A DNA stretch of 64,000 bases from Bacteroidota bacterium (lineage in GTDB: Bacteria > Bacteroidota > Bacteroidia > Flavobacteriales_F > PHOS-HE28). The notes under the pieces were generated by a model. It made no database searches. It saw only the letters and a program-made list of their open reading frames with translations, and was not told where the DNA came from. The position numbers and the translations under genes were made by a program. Where the stretch lies: positions 21,752 through 85,751 of the forward strand of contig JAFDZF010000035.1 in NCBI GenBank assembly GCA_018267055.1. The letters run 5' to 3'. Below, one piece after another: positions 44,264-52,535 of the stretch (the stretch's first letter is position 1; each line of letters begins with the position of its first letter).

Positions 44264-45916
44264 ATGCACTTCCGCCACCTGCTGCTGCTCTCCGCATGCG
44301 CGAGCCTTCCGGCCTTCGCCCAGGAGGAGATGCCCACCGAATGGACCACGCGCCTCGACCACAAGATCCAGTACACCGGCACCGACGTGGTGGACAAGAT
44401 CGGGATGGGCTACGCCGCCAGCGACAAGGAGATGACCGTGTTCGAGAACGGGACCGGCAAGGTGGTGTGGACGAAGGCCTTCAAGGAGATCGCACCGAAC
44501 CTGCGGAAGATCGACGAGCTGGTGCCGTTCTGGGAGAGCGACTGCGTGTTCCTGTTCGACCGGAAGCTGGGCAAGGACCAGATCGCGGTGATCGGCCTGA
44601 AGGACGGGAAGCTCCTGTGGACGAGCGAGAAATACCAGGACCTCACCGAGGACAACATCATGTACCTGCGCGAGCGTGAGGCCTTCGCGGTGAGCACCAA
44701 GAGCGCATTGCACTTCGTGAAGGCGCGCACGGGCGAGGAGCTCTGGAGCACCGACAAGTTCAAGGGCGTGGTGGGGCAGTACGTCTTCATGCCCGACGGC
44801 CACGTGGTGATGGTGAACTTCATCCCCGACGGCCTCGGCGCGCTGTTCTCCGGCTTCAAGAACCAGATCGCCAAGGTGGACCTGAACAACGGCGACATCG
44901 TGTGGGAGGCGACCTATGTGGGCCGCGCGGAGCGCAAGGTGCTCACCCGCGAATGGCTCTTCGACCTCAACGTGGATGGCGACCGGGTGTACCTGCGCAT
45001 GAACGGCATCCAGGTGTACGACTACAAGACCGGGCAGCAGCTGTGGAGCGCAGCCTTCGACTTCACCCCGGACCGCGTGGTGGGCCGCCCCGCCGGGGCC
45101 AAGCGCTGGGGCGTGTACGGCGCCGTGGCCGACCCCGTGGTGGTGGGCGACGACCTCTACGTGCTGGACTGCCAGAACCGGAAGTCGCAGTACATCAAGA
45201 AGTACGACCGCAAGAGCGGCAAGCTGATCTGGACCTCGCCGGAGATCCCCGAGGCCAAGGCCATCCCCAACATGTACGTAGTGGACGACCGCATCGTGCT
45301 GCAGATCGGCGGGCAGGTGGAGACGCAGGCCTACATCCAGCGCACCCAGCGCAACGCGGACGGGAGCACCACCGTGGTGACCGAGAAACGCATCGCCTAT
45401 GTGAACGTGAAGCCGTACGGCGTGAAGGCCTTCAATACCACCGACGGGGCCATGGTCTGGGAGAGCGAGCGCTTCCGCAAGGGCGTCACCAATGTGTTCC
45501 CCGACAAGGACCGGCTGTACGTCTGCAGCGGCAAGGCGCTCTACTGCATGGACACCAAGGCCGGCACCGACGTGTACGAAGTGCCGCTCGGCGACGACAA
45601 CATCGGCAACGCGGAGATCATCCTGCCCTACCAGGACAAGGTGGCCGTGGTGGGCGAGAAGGGCGTGAGCACCCATACCCTCGCCGACGGCAGGCTGGTG
45701 ACCAGCGGCAAGTACAAGAGCGCACACCTCAATGAGCGCAACGAGGACATCGTGCTGCTGGAGACCGACGGGGCCGACATCGCGGCCTTCGACCTGGCCA
45801 CTTGCAAGTTCCTCCAGTACAATGCGCGCCGCGAATCCGTGAGCGAGCTCACCGACGACGGCAAGTACGTGTACGTGTTCGAGAAGAAGGACGTCTCCAA
45901 GCTCCGGACGCACTGA
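44264..45916 (+). CDS. Secreted PQQ-like (BamB-type) beta-propeller repeat protein
   Basis: Signal peptide MHFRHLLLLSACASLPAFAQ. Repeated G(K/E/D)xxW motifs are present (GKVVWTKAF, GKLLWTSEKY, GEELWSTDKF, GDIVWEATY, GQQLWSAAF, GKLIWTSPE, GAMVWESERF). Confidence 0.8.
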   Translation: MHFRHLLLLSACASLPAFAQEEMPTEWTTRLDHKIQYTGTDVVDKIGMGYAASDKEMTVFENGTGKVVWTKAFKEIAPNLRKIDELVPFWESDCVFLFDRKLGKDQIAVIGLKDGKLLWTSEKYQDLTEDNIMYLREREAFAVSTKSALHFVKARTGEELWSTDKFKGVVGQYVFMPDGHVVMVNFIPDGLGALFSGFKNQIAKVDLNNGDIVWEATYVGRAERKVLTREWLFDLNVDGDRVYLRMNGIQVYDYKTGQQLWSAAFDFTPDRVVGRPAGAKRWGVYGAVADPVVVGDDLYVLDCQNRKSQYIKKYDRKSGKLIWTSPEIPEAKAIPNMYVVDDRIVLQIGGQVETQAYIQRTQRNADGSTTVVTEKRIAYVNVKPYGVKAFNTTDGAMVWESERFRKGVTNVFPDKDRLYVCSGKALYCMDTKAGTDVYEVPLGDDNIGNAEIILPYQDKVAVVGEKGVSTHTLADGRLVTSGKYKSAHLNERNEDIVLLETDGADIAAFDLATCKFLQYNARRESVSELTDDGKYVYVFEKKDVSKLRTH

Positions 45917-45929
45917 GGAGCGCATCCTT

Positions 45930-45970
45930 GGAGGGCCGTCCGCCGACCGGCGGGCGGCCCTCCGCTTTTT
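45930..45970 (+). terminator. Rho-independent terminator closing the propeller operon
   Basis: GGAGGGCCGTCCGCC-GACC-GGCGGGCGGCCCTCC hairpin followed by GCTTTTT. Confidence 0.7.
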
Positions 45971-46023
45971 AACACCCGCGCGCCATTGCCGGACGGCGCG
46001 GGGGCGCGATAACTTGGCGGCGC

Positions 46024-47982
46024 ATGGAACGGACCTTGACGCGGCCCAGGCGGGTGCATGTGCTGGTGGGGTTGGGACTGATCGTGATGCTCTTCACGGC
46101 CTGGACCGAGGCCACCACGCCGGTGGCCGGGCCGCACAGCCGCATCGAGCTGGCCCTGCTGCGCAACCAGATCCAGGGGCTGGAGGTCTACTTCGGGCAG
46201 TACTTCGTGACGGCGGGCCGCTGCGCCGGCTGCCACGGCCATGACTCGCTGGGCATCGCCATGATCGCCGGCGAAGGCGAGGACGTGAACGTGGCCGACG
46301 ACTGGCGGAGCACGATGATGGGCAACAGCGCCCGCGATCCCTTCTTCCGCGCCAAGATCGAGCACGAGACGCTGGTGAACCCCGGCCATGCGGGCGCCAT
46401 CGAGAACAAATGCCTCAGTTGCCACGCCCCGCTGGGCATGCACGAGGAACGGATGCTGGGCCATGCGCCCTTCACCCTGGCCATGCTGGACACCAGCCGC
46501 CTGGGCCTCGACGGGGTCTCGTGCCTCGCCTGCCACATGCAGGACCCCGACACCGCCGGCCACCGCTTCTCCGGGGAGCTGGAGTTCGACAGCGCACGGG
46601 TGTGGGGACCCTACACGGACGAGCAGATCAACCCGGCGATCATGCAGTTCTTCGTCGGTTTCACGCCCGACCAGGGGTCGCACATCCTGGACGGCCGCGT
46701 GTGCGCAGGCTGCCACACCCTGATCACCAATACCATCGACCTCAACGGCGACCTCACCGGCCAGCAGTTCGTGGAACAGGCCACCTGGCAGGAATGGAAG
46801 AACTCCATCTACGACGGCACCGAGCAGAACTGCCGCGGCTGCCACCTCCCGCGCATCCAGGACTCGGTGATCCTCGCCTCCGAGTACATCTTCCTCTCCG
46901 GCCAGTCGCCCTTCGGCAAGCACCACCTCGCGGGCGGGAACACCTTCATGCTGCGCCTGCTGAAGGAGCATCGTGAGGCGCTCGGCATCCCCGCCACGGC
47001 CACGCAGTTCGACAGCACCATCGCACGCACGCTGCGCAACCTGCACAGCTCCGTGGACCTGTCCACGCATGTCATCGACCGCACGGACGATACCGCGTTC
47101 GTGGAGGTGCGCCTGGTGAACAAGGTGGGCCACAAGTTCCCCAGCGGCTATCCCAGCCGCCGCGCCTTCGTGCAGCTGATCGTGCTCGACGCCACCGGCG
47201 ACACCCTGTTCCAGAGCGGCCGCTGGGACGCCACCAACGAGGTCTACGGCCACGATGCGGGCTACGAGCCGCACCACGACGTGATCACCCAGGGCGACCA
47301 GGTGCAGATCTATGAACTGGTGATGGGCGACGCGAACGGCGGGGTGACCACCGTGCTCGAGCGCGCGGCCACGCCCATCAAGGACAATCGCCTGGTGCCA
47401 CAAGGGTTCAGCACCGCGCATCCGAGCTACGACACCACCGTGATCGCCGGTGTGCCGCCGGAGGACCTCGACTTCAACCACGACGCGCTGGGCATCGAAG
47501 GGAACGGCGGCGACATCGTGCACTACCACATCCCGCTGGGCGGCTACACCGGCCTCATCCAGGTGAAGGCCAAGGTGTACTACCAGCCCGTGCCGCCGCT
47601 CTGGAACGCGGAGATGTTCGGGCACCACGGCACGGCCATCGATGCCTTCCGCACGATGTACGAGGCCGCGGAAGGCACGCCGGAGCTGGTGGCGGCCGAC
47701 AGCATCAACGACCTGAGCACCGGCCTGGCGGAACGCAGCGGCGGCGCATCGGTGTTCCCGAACCCCACGAGCGACGGCACCTTCACGATCGCCGTCGCAG
47801 GCCCGGCCACCATCACGGCCTACGACGCGGCGGGCAAGCGCGTGCCGCTGCGCACCGTGCGCACGGCCAACGGCTGGCGCTGCACCCTGCCTGGGGAGAC
47901 GGGCGTGTACCACGTGGTGGTGGCCGCGCCGGCATCCTGGAGCGGCGAACGGCTGTTCCGCGTGGTCCGCAGCAGCCCGTAA
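46024..47982 (+). CDS. Multihaem (5 x CXXCH) c-type cytochrome with a T9SS C-terminal sorting domain
   Basis: N-terminal signal/anchor. The haem motifs are CAGCH (nt 46222), CLSCH, CLACH, CAGCH and CRGCH. The C-terminus from about nt 47750, VFPNPTSDGTFTIAV...GVYHVVV...LFRVVRSSP, resembles the CTDs of the two proteases in this window. Confidence 0.85.
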   Translation: MERTLTRPRRVHVLVGLGLIVMLFTAWTEATTPVAGPHSRIELALLRNQIQGLEVYFGQYFVTAGRCAGCHGHDSLGIAMIAGEGEDVNVADDWRSTMMGNSARDPFFRAKIEHETLVNPGHAGAIENKCLSCHAPLGMHEERMLGHAPFTLAMLDTSRLGLDGVSCLACHMQDPDTAGHRFSGELEFDSARVWGPYTDEQINPAIMQFFVGFTPDQGSHILDGRVCAGCHTLITNTIDLNGDLTGQQFVEQATWQEWKNSIYDGTEQNCRGCHLPRIQDSVILASEYIFLSGQSPFGKHHLAGGNTFMLRLLKEHREALGIPATATQFDSTIARTLRNLHSSVDLSTHVIDRTDDTAFVEVRLVNKVGHKFPSGYPSRRAFVQLIVLDATGDTLFQSGRWDATNEVYGHDAGYEPHHDVITQGDQVQIYELVMGDANGGVTTVLERAATPIKDNRLVPQGFSTAHPSYDTTVIAGVPPEDLDFNHDALGIEGNGGDIVHYHIPLGGYTGLIQVKAKVYYQPVPPLWNAEMFGHHGTAIDAFRTMYEAAEGTPELVAADSINDLSTGLAERSGGASVFPNPTSDGTFTIAVAGPATITAYDAAGKRVPLRTVRTANGWRCTLPGETGVYHVVVAAPASWSGERLFRVVRSSP

Positions 47983-48780
47983 ATGATGCGTTCACTGGCC
48001 TCGATCCATGTCCATCCGGTGAAATCGATGGGCGGGTTCGCGGTACCGGAGGCGCGGCTGACCGACCGGGGACTGGAGCACGACCGGCGCTGGATGCTCG
48101 CGGACGAACGTGGCCGCTTCCTCTCCCAGCGCGAGGATGCCCGGCTCGCTCTGTTCGCGTGCGCGCCGCACGCCGACGGCTTCCGCGTGACCGACCGCCG
48201 CGACGGCGGGACGCTGGACCTCCCCTGGACGATCGCCGAAGGCCCTGCGCATACCGCCACCGTATGGGACGACACCGTAGCGGTGCGGTGCGCGCCGGAA
48301 GCCTGGTCGGCCTGGTTCCGCGAGCGGCTCGGACGGACGGTGACCCTGGTGCACATGCCCGAGGACACGCACCGGCCCACCGATCCCCGGTACGCGGACA
48401 GCTTGACCTCGCTGAGCGATGCCTTCCCCTACCTCCTCCTCTCGCAGGCCTCGCTGGACCGGTTGAACGGCCAGCTGGGAACCCCGTTGCCGATGGACCG
48501 TTTCCGCCCCAACCTGGTGATCGCCGGTGGCGAGGCGTTCCAGGAGGACGGATGGCGGGAGGTGCGCATCGGCGAAGCCCTGTTCCGCGTGGTGAAGCCC
48601 TGCGCACGCTGTGCGATCACCACCATCGACCAACGCACGGGCGAGCGGGGCCCGGAGCCCTTGCGCACGCTCGCGCTCCACCGGCGCAGCAACGGCCAGG
48701 TGCTCTTCGGGCAGAACGCCGTGGCCCTGGGCGGCGTGCGCGTGCGGGTCGGCGATGCCGTGGTGCCGGTCGGCGCATGA
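47983..48780 (+). CDS. MOSC domain protein (YcbX-like, N-terminal beta-barrel plus MOSC)
   Basis: IHVHPVKSMGG...DRRWMLAD...FRPNLVI...VKPCARCAITTIDQ, including the conserved MOSC Cys. The ATG directly abuts the TAA of the cytochrome gene. Confidence 0.88.
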   Translation: MMRSLASIHVHPVKSMGGFAVPEARLTDRGLEHDRRWMLADERGRFLSQREDARLALFACAPHADGFRVTDRRDGGTLDLPWTIAEGPAHTATVWDDTVAVRCAPEAWSAWFRERLGRTVTLVHMPEDTHRPTDPRYADSLTSLSDAFPYLLLSQASLDRLNGQLGTPLPMDRFRPNLVIAGGEAFQEDGWREVRIGEALFRVVKPCARCAITTIDQRTGERGPEPLRTLALHRRSNGQVLFGQNAVALGGVRVRVGDAVVPVGA

Positions 48781-48787
48781 GCGCCCC

Positions 48788-48985
48788 TCACCCCATGTGC
48801 TCCTTCGGGGTGCGCGGTGCGGTGGGCAGGGGATCCGTGCGTTCCGGCAGGAGCGACCAGAGCTGCGGATGGTGCCAGCAAAGCGCATGCCCCGTGCTGT
48901 CGCGGTGCATGCGGATGCCCGCGCGCAGGCGCTTCACCTCAGCGATCAAGGCCGTCCTGTCCAGCGTTCCCAGGTCCTCGTCCAT
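48788..48985 (-). CDS. Small hypothetical protein (65 aa)
   Basis: Third codon positions are strongly G/C on this strand. Sequence MDEDLGTLDRTALIAEVKRLRAGIRMHRDSTGHALCWHHPQLW. Confidence 0.55.
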   Translation of the reverse strand: MDEDLGTLDRTALIAEVKRLRAGIRMHRDSTGHALCWHHPQLWSLLPERTDPLPTAPRTPKEHMG

Positions 48986-49062
48986 GCCCGGAGAATAGCC
49001 GGCTCCCCGGGCCTGTTCGCGCACGGTTGGCGATGCGCCTCCGCTTGACCAACTTGCCGGGC

Positions 49063-49851
49063 ATGATCCACGCCATCCTGAAGGACAAGGCCATCCGGCT
49101 GTTCATCGTGCTGGGCAGCTTCTTCGTGGCCAATGCGCTCCTGGCGGAGATGATCGGCGTGAAGCTGTTCCAGCTGGAGACCGCGCTGGGCCGGCCGAAA
49201 GCGGACTTCACCCTGCTGGGCCAGCACCACCTCTCGTTCGTGCTCAGCGTGGGCGTGCTGCCGTGGCCGATCATCTTCATCATGACCGACGTGATCAATG
49301 ATTACTACGGTGTGCGCGGCGTGCGTTTCCTCACGCTGCTGACGGCGGGCCTGCTGGCCTTCGCTTTCGCGGTGATGTACTTCGCCATCCACATGCCGCC
49401 GGACCTGGGCTGGTGGATCGCCAGCGGCGCCCGGCAGGGCGTGCCCGACATGCAGGCGGCCTTCACCAGCATCTTCGGGCAGGGCATGAACATCATCCTG
49501 GGCTCGCTCACCGCGTTCGTCATCGGCCAGCTGGTGGATGCGGTCACCTTCCGCCGCCTCAAGCGCCTCACCGGCGACCGGCGGATCTGGCTGCGCGCCA
49601 CCGGCAGCACGCTCGTGAGCCAGCTGATCGACAGCGTGGTGGTGACCTACATCGCCTTCTGGGTCTTCAAGGGGATGCCGTTCGCGCAGTGCACCGCGAT
49701 GGTGCTCACCGCCTATTGCTACAAGTTCATCGTGGCGCTGCTGTCCACGCCGCTGGTGTACCTGGTGCACGCGGGGGTGGAGCGCTACCTGGGGAGGGAG
49801 CGCGCGCACGCCATGCGCGAGGCGGCCCTGCGGCTGAAGGCGGAGCAGTAG
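49063..49851 (+). CDS. yhhQ: Queuosine-precursor transporter (VUT/YhhQ family)
   Basis: Polytopic protein. ITFRRLK...WLRATGSTLVSQLIDSVVVTYIAF is typical of YhhQ/DUF165. An alternative ATG lies at 49033. Confidence 0.85.
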   Translation: MIHAILKDKAIRLFIVLGSFFVANALLAEMIGVKLFQLETALGRPKADFTLLGQHHLSFVLSVGVLPWPIIFIMTDVINDYYGVRGVRFLTLLTAGLLAFAFAVMYFAIHMPPDLGWWIASGARQGVPDMQAAFTSIFGQGMNIILGSLTAFVIGQLVDAVTFRRLKRLTGDRRIWLRATGSTLVSQLIDSVVVTYIAFWVFKGMPFAQCTAMVLTAYCYKFIVALLSTPLVYLVHAGVERYLGRERAHAMREAALRLKAEQ

Positions 49852-49852
49852 C

Positions 49853-50839
49853 TCACCGCCCCGGCGGGGGCGTCCACTTCTCCACTTTCCCGGCCACGGC
49901 CGGCAGCGTGCGCAGGTAGTCCCAGATGGCACCGAGGTCCTGCTCGGTCATGCCGGTGTACATGGTCCAGGGCATCACTGTCTGGAAGTCGCCGGCGTTC
50001 CAATCCACGGCGGGCGGCACGTAGGCGCTGTCGGCATACTGCTTGAACCGGGCGATGAAGGTGTCCTTGTCCCAGGCGCCCAGGCCGTCCGCGTGCGGCG
50101 TGAGGTTCGACGAGCGCACCACGGAGCCGTTGGGGAAGTTGAACGCGAACCCGCCCGCGAAGGGCGCGCCCACCTTCTTCCCTTTCTCCGCCCGGGTGTG
50201 GCACTCGCCGCAGCCGGCCGCGTTCACGAGGTAGGCGCCGTAGGCCACGGCATCCGAGGGCGAGGGCTTCGCCACCGGATGCGGCTCCTCGGGGATCGTG
50301 CGCAGGATGATGCTCACCGGGAAGTCCGCCTCGCTGCCCTCGGGCGTGCTGGCCTGCGGCGGCAGCGTGCGCAGGTAGGCGATGAGGCTGTAGATGTCCT
50401 CCGTATCCATCTTGCCGTAGTTCGGGTACGGCATCACCGGGAAGAACGGGTGCCCGTCGCGGCTGACGCCGCTGGTGATCGCGCGGTAGAGCTCGCCGTC
50501 CGACCAATCCTTCAGGGCGAAGGGGGTGATGTTCTTGGAGACGAAGACGCCCGGGAAGCCCAGCGCCCGGTCGAACCGTTCGCCACCCTTGCCCAACGTG
50601 CCGGGCGTGAGCGGGCCGGAATACGCCTGCCAGTCGCGCGTGCTGTGGCAGTCCATGCAGACGCAGATGTGGTTGGCGAGGTAGGCGCCGCGCGCCACCC
50701 GCTCGGGCGTCGCCTCCACCTTCAGGTCCGGCTGCACGGCCACCTGGGGCAGGGCCTGGGTGATGTAGAGGACGAGGCCGCCGCCGGCCAGCACCAGGAC
50801 GAGCAACAGGATGCCAAGGACCTTCAGGAACTTCTTCAT
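49853..50839 (-). CDS. Membrane-anchored dihaem c-type cytochrome
   Basis: N-terminal TM helix and two CXXCH motifs (CMDCH, CGECH). Confidence 0.85.
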   Translation of the reverse strand: MKKFLKVLGILLLVLVLAGGGLVLYITQALPQVAVQPDLKVEATPERVARGAYLANHICVCMDCHSTRDWQAYSGPLTPGTLGKGGERFDRALGFPGVFVSKNITPFALKDWSDGELYRAITSGVSRDGHPFFPVMPYPNYGKMDTEDIYSLIAYLRTLPPQASTPEGSEADFPVSIILRTIPEEPHPVAKPSPSDAVAYGAYLVNAAGCGECHTRAEKGKKVGAPFAGGFAFNFPNGSVVRSSNLTPHADGLGAWDKDTFIARFKQYADSAYVPPAVDWNAGDFQTVMPWTMYTGMTEQDLGAIWDYLRTLPAVAGKVEKWTPPPGR

Positions 50840-50916
50840 GGGGGAGAGGAATGGTGGGCGGTGAAGATGACGATCCCGGCGCGATCGGCCATGCGGGCAC
50901 CGAACTTTGTCGTCCC

Positions 50917-51111
50917 ATGGCCCGGAAAAAGACTGCCACCCAGCGGCGCAAAGCGACGACGGACAAGCAGGCCCTGCTCGGCATCGAGCGGGGCGCGAAG
51001 CGCGCGGAACAGAAGGCGCAGGGCGCGCTGGACGGCCGTTTCCGCCAGCGGAAGGTGGAGAGCAAGAAGGCCTACTCCCGCAAGACGCGCCGCCGCACGG
51101 ACGACGCGTGA
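50917..51111 (+). CDS. Small highly basic protein (64 aa)
   Basis: MARKKTATQRRKATTDKQ...KAYSRKTRRRTDDA, with third positions nearly all G/C. Confidence 0.55.
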   Translation: MARKKTATQRRKATTDKQALLGIERGAKRAEQKAQGALDGRFRQRKVESKKAYSRKTRRRTDDA

Positions 51112-51114
51112 GGC

Positions 51115-51861
51115 TCAGCCGAGGAAGCGCACCATCACGGTGTTGCCCTTCTCCTCGCGGGTGATCTCGAGCCGGTCGTGCAGCGCGTTCACGAGCGACG
51201 AGAGCGAGGCATGCCCGTAGCTGCGCGGGTCGAAGCCGGGGTCGAGCCGCCGCAGCGCCTGGCCGATGCGGCTCAGCGACGCCGTCTCCTCCTCCCCCTT
51301 CGCGATGTTGAACGCCTTGCGCAGCTTGCGCATCAGGGCCGCGTTCGCGGACAGCGAGGCCGGGGCGGACGCCTTGCGGGCGGTGCCGGGGCGCCGCTCC
51401 GGCGTGCGCGGCTCGTCCTGCACGTCGAGGTTCTCCACATAGATGAAGCGCTCGCAGGCCTTCACGAAGGCGTCGGGGGTCTTCTTCTCGCCCACGCCCA
51501 TCACGAACAGGCCCGACTCGCGCAGGCGGGTGGCCAGGCGGGTGTAGTCGCTATCGCTGCTCACGATGCAGAAGGCGTCCACCAGCTGCCCATGGAGGAT
51601 GTCCATGGCATCGATGATGAGGGCGCTGTCGGTGCTGTTCTTGCCCTTGGTGTAGGCGAACTGCTGCACGGGCTGGATGGCGTTCGCGTTCAGCAGGTCC
51701 TTCCACCCGCTCATGCCGGTGGTGGTCCAGTCGCCATAGATGCGGCGGATGGTGATGGTGCCTTGCTTGGAAACCTCTTCCAGGATGGCGGCCAGCCGTT
51801 TCGGGGCCGCGTTGTCACCATCGATCAGCAGGGCGATCGTGGTGTCGTTGATCTTCTTCAT
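51115..51861 (-). CDS. NYN (LabA-like) domain protein with a C-terminal OST-HTH/LOTUS domain
   Basis: IALLIDGDNA...RIYGDW...TKGKNSTDSALIIDAMD...VSSDSDYTRLATRLRE is a NYN signature. The C-terminal 70 aa, LSRIGQALRRLDPGFDPRSYGH...L, resemble OST-HTH. Confidence 0.85.
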   Translation of the reverse strand: MKKINDTTIALLIDGDNAAPKRLAAILEEVSKQGTITIRRIYGDWTTTGMSGWKDLLNANAIQPVQQFAYTKGKNSTDSALIIDAMDILHGQLVDAFCIVSSDSDYTRLATRLRESGLFVMGVGEKKTPDAFVKACERFIYVENLDVQDEPRTPERRPGTARKASAPASLSANAALMRKLRKAFNIAKGEEETASLSRIGQALRRLDPGFDPRSYGHASLSSLVNALHDRLEITREEKGNTVMVRFLG

Positions 51862-51900
51862 GTTCCCCACGAAGGTAGGGCCGGGCCGGGGCCGCCCATG

Positions 51901-51929
51901 GGAAAGCCCGGCGCGAGGCCGGGCTTTCC
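51901..51929. other. Perfect 12-bp-stem hairpin between yceI and the NYN gene
   Basis: GGAAAGCCCGGC-GCGAG-GCCGGGCTTTCC with no adjacent U-tract. It could be a terminator or processing site downstream of yceI. Confidence 0.35.
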
Positions 51930-51950
51930 GCTCATCAGGGCACGACGGGA

Positions 51951-52493
51951 TCAGGCTTCCGGCGCGCCCTGCTTCACCAATTGCACTTCGCAGCTGATGC
52001 GCACCTCGTCGCTCACCAGCACACCGCCGCCCTCGAGCGCGGCGTTCCATTCCAGGCCCCATTGCTTGCGGTCGAACTTGCCGTGCACGCTCACGCCGGC
52101 CTTGGTGTTGCCCCAGGGGTCCTTGGTCACTCCGCCCCATTCCACGTCGAGCTTCACCGGTTTGGTGATGCCCTTGATGGTGAGGTCGCCGTACAGCTCC
52201 CAGCTGCCGTCGCGGTCCACGTTCTCCGTGCGCACGGCCTTGAAGGTGAGCCGGGGGAACTTCTCCACGTCGAAGAAGTCGGCGCTCTTGAGGTGGCCGT
52301 CACGCTGGGCGTTGCCGGTGGTGACGCTCGCGGTCTCCGCCCAGAACTCCACCTTGGCGGAGCTCAGGTCGTCGTGCTCGGCCTCGATGTCGGCGCCGAA
52401 GTCCTGGAAGCTGCCGGTCACGGTGGTGATCATCAGGTGCTTCACCTTGAACTGGATCTCGCTGTGCGCGGGATCGATGGTCCATTTCGTCAT
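51951..52493 (-). CDS. yceI: YceI family polyisoprenoid-binding protein
   Basis: WTIDPAHSEIQFKVKHLMITTVTGSF...TGNAQRDGHLKSADFF signature. No signal peptide is evident. Confidence 0.9.
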   Translation of the reverse strand: MTKWTIDPAHSEIQFKVKHLMITTVTGSFQDFGADIEAEHDDLSSAKVEFWAETASVTTGNAQRDGHLKSADFFDVEKFPRLTFKAVRTENVDRDGSWELYGDLTIKGITKPVKLDVEWGGVTKDPWGNTKAGVSVHGKFDRKQWGLEWNAALEGGGVLVSDEVRISCEVQLVKQGAPEA

Positions 52494-52535
52494 GTCCTTG
52501 GGATGTATTGGTGTTGGTCGAGAGGAACGATGCGG

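Noticed and set aside
48986-49062. Possible preQ1 riboswitch upstream of the queuosine-precursor transporter yhhQ.
   Set aside because: I could not find the conserved preQ1-I/II core sequences or a convincing pseudoknot in the 77 nt available. Most upstream DNA is occupied by a small minus-strand gene. An Infernal scan would be needed to revisit this.
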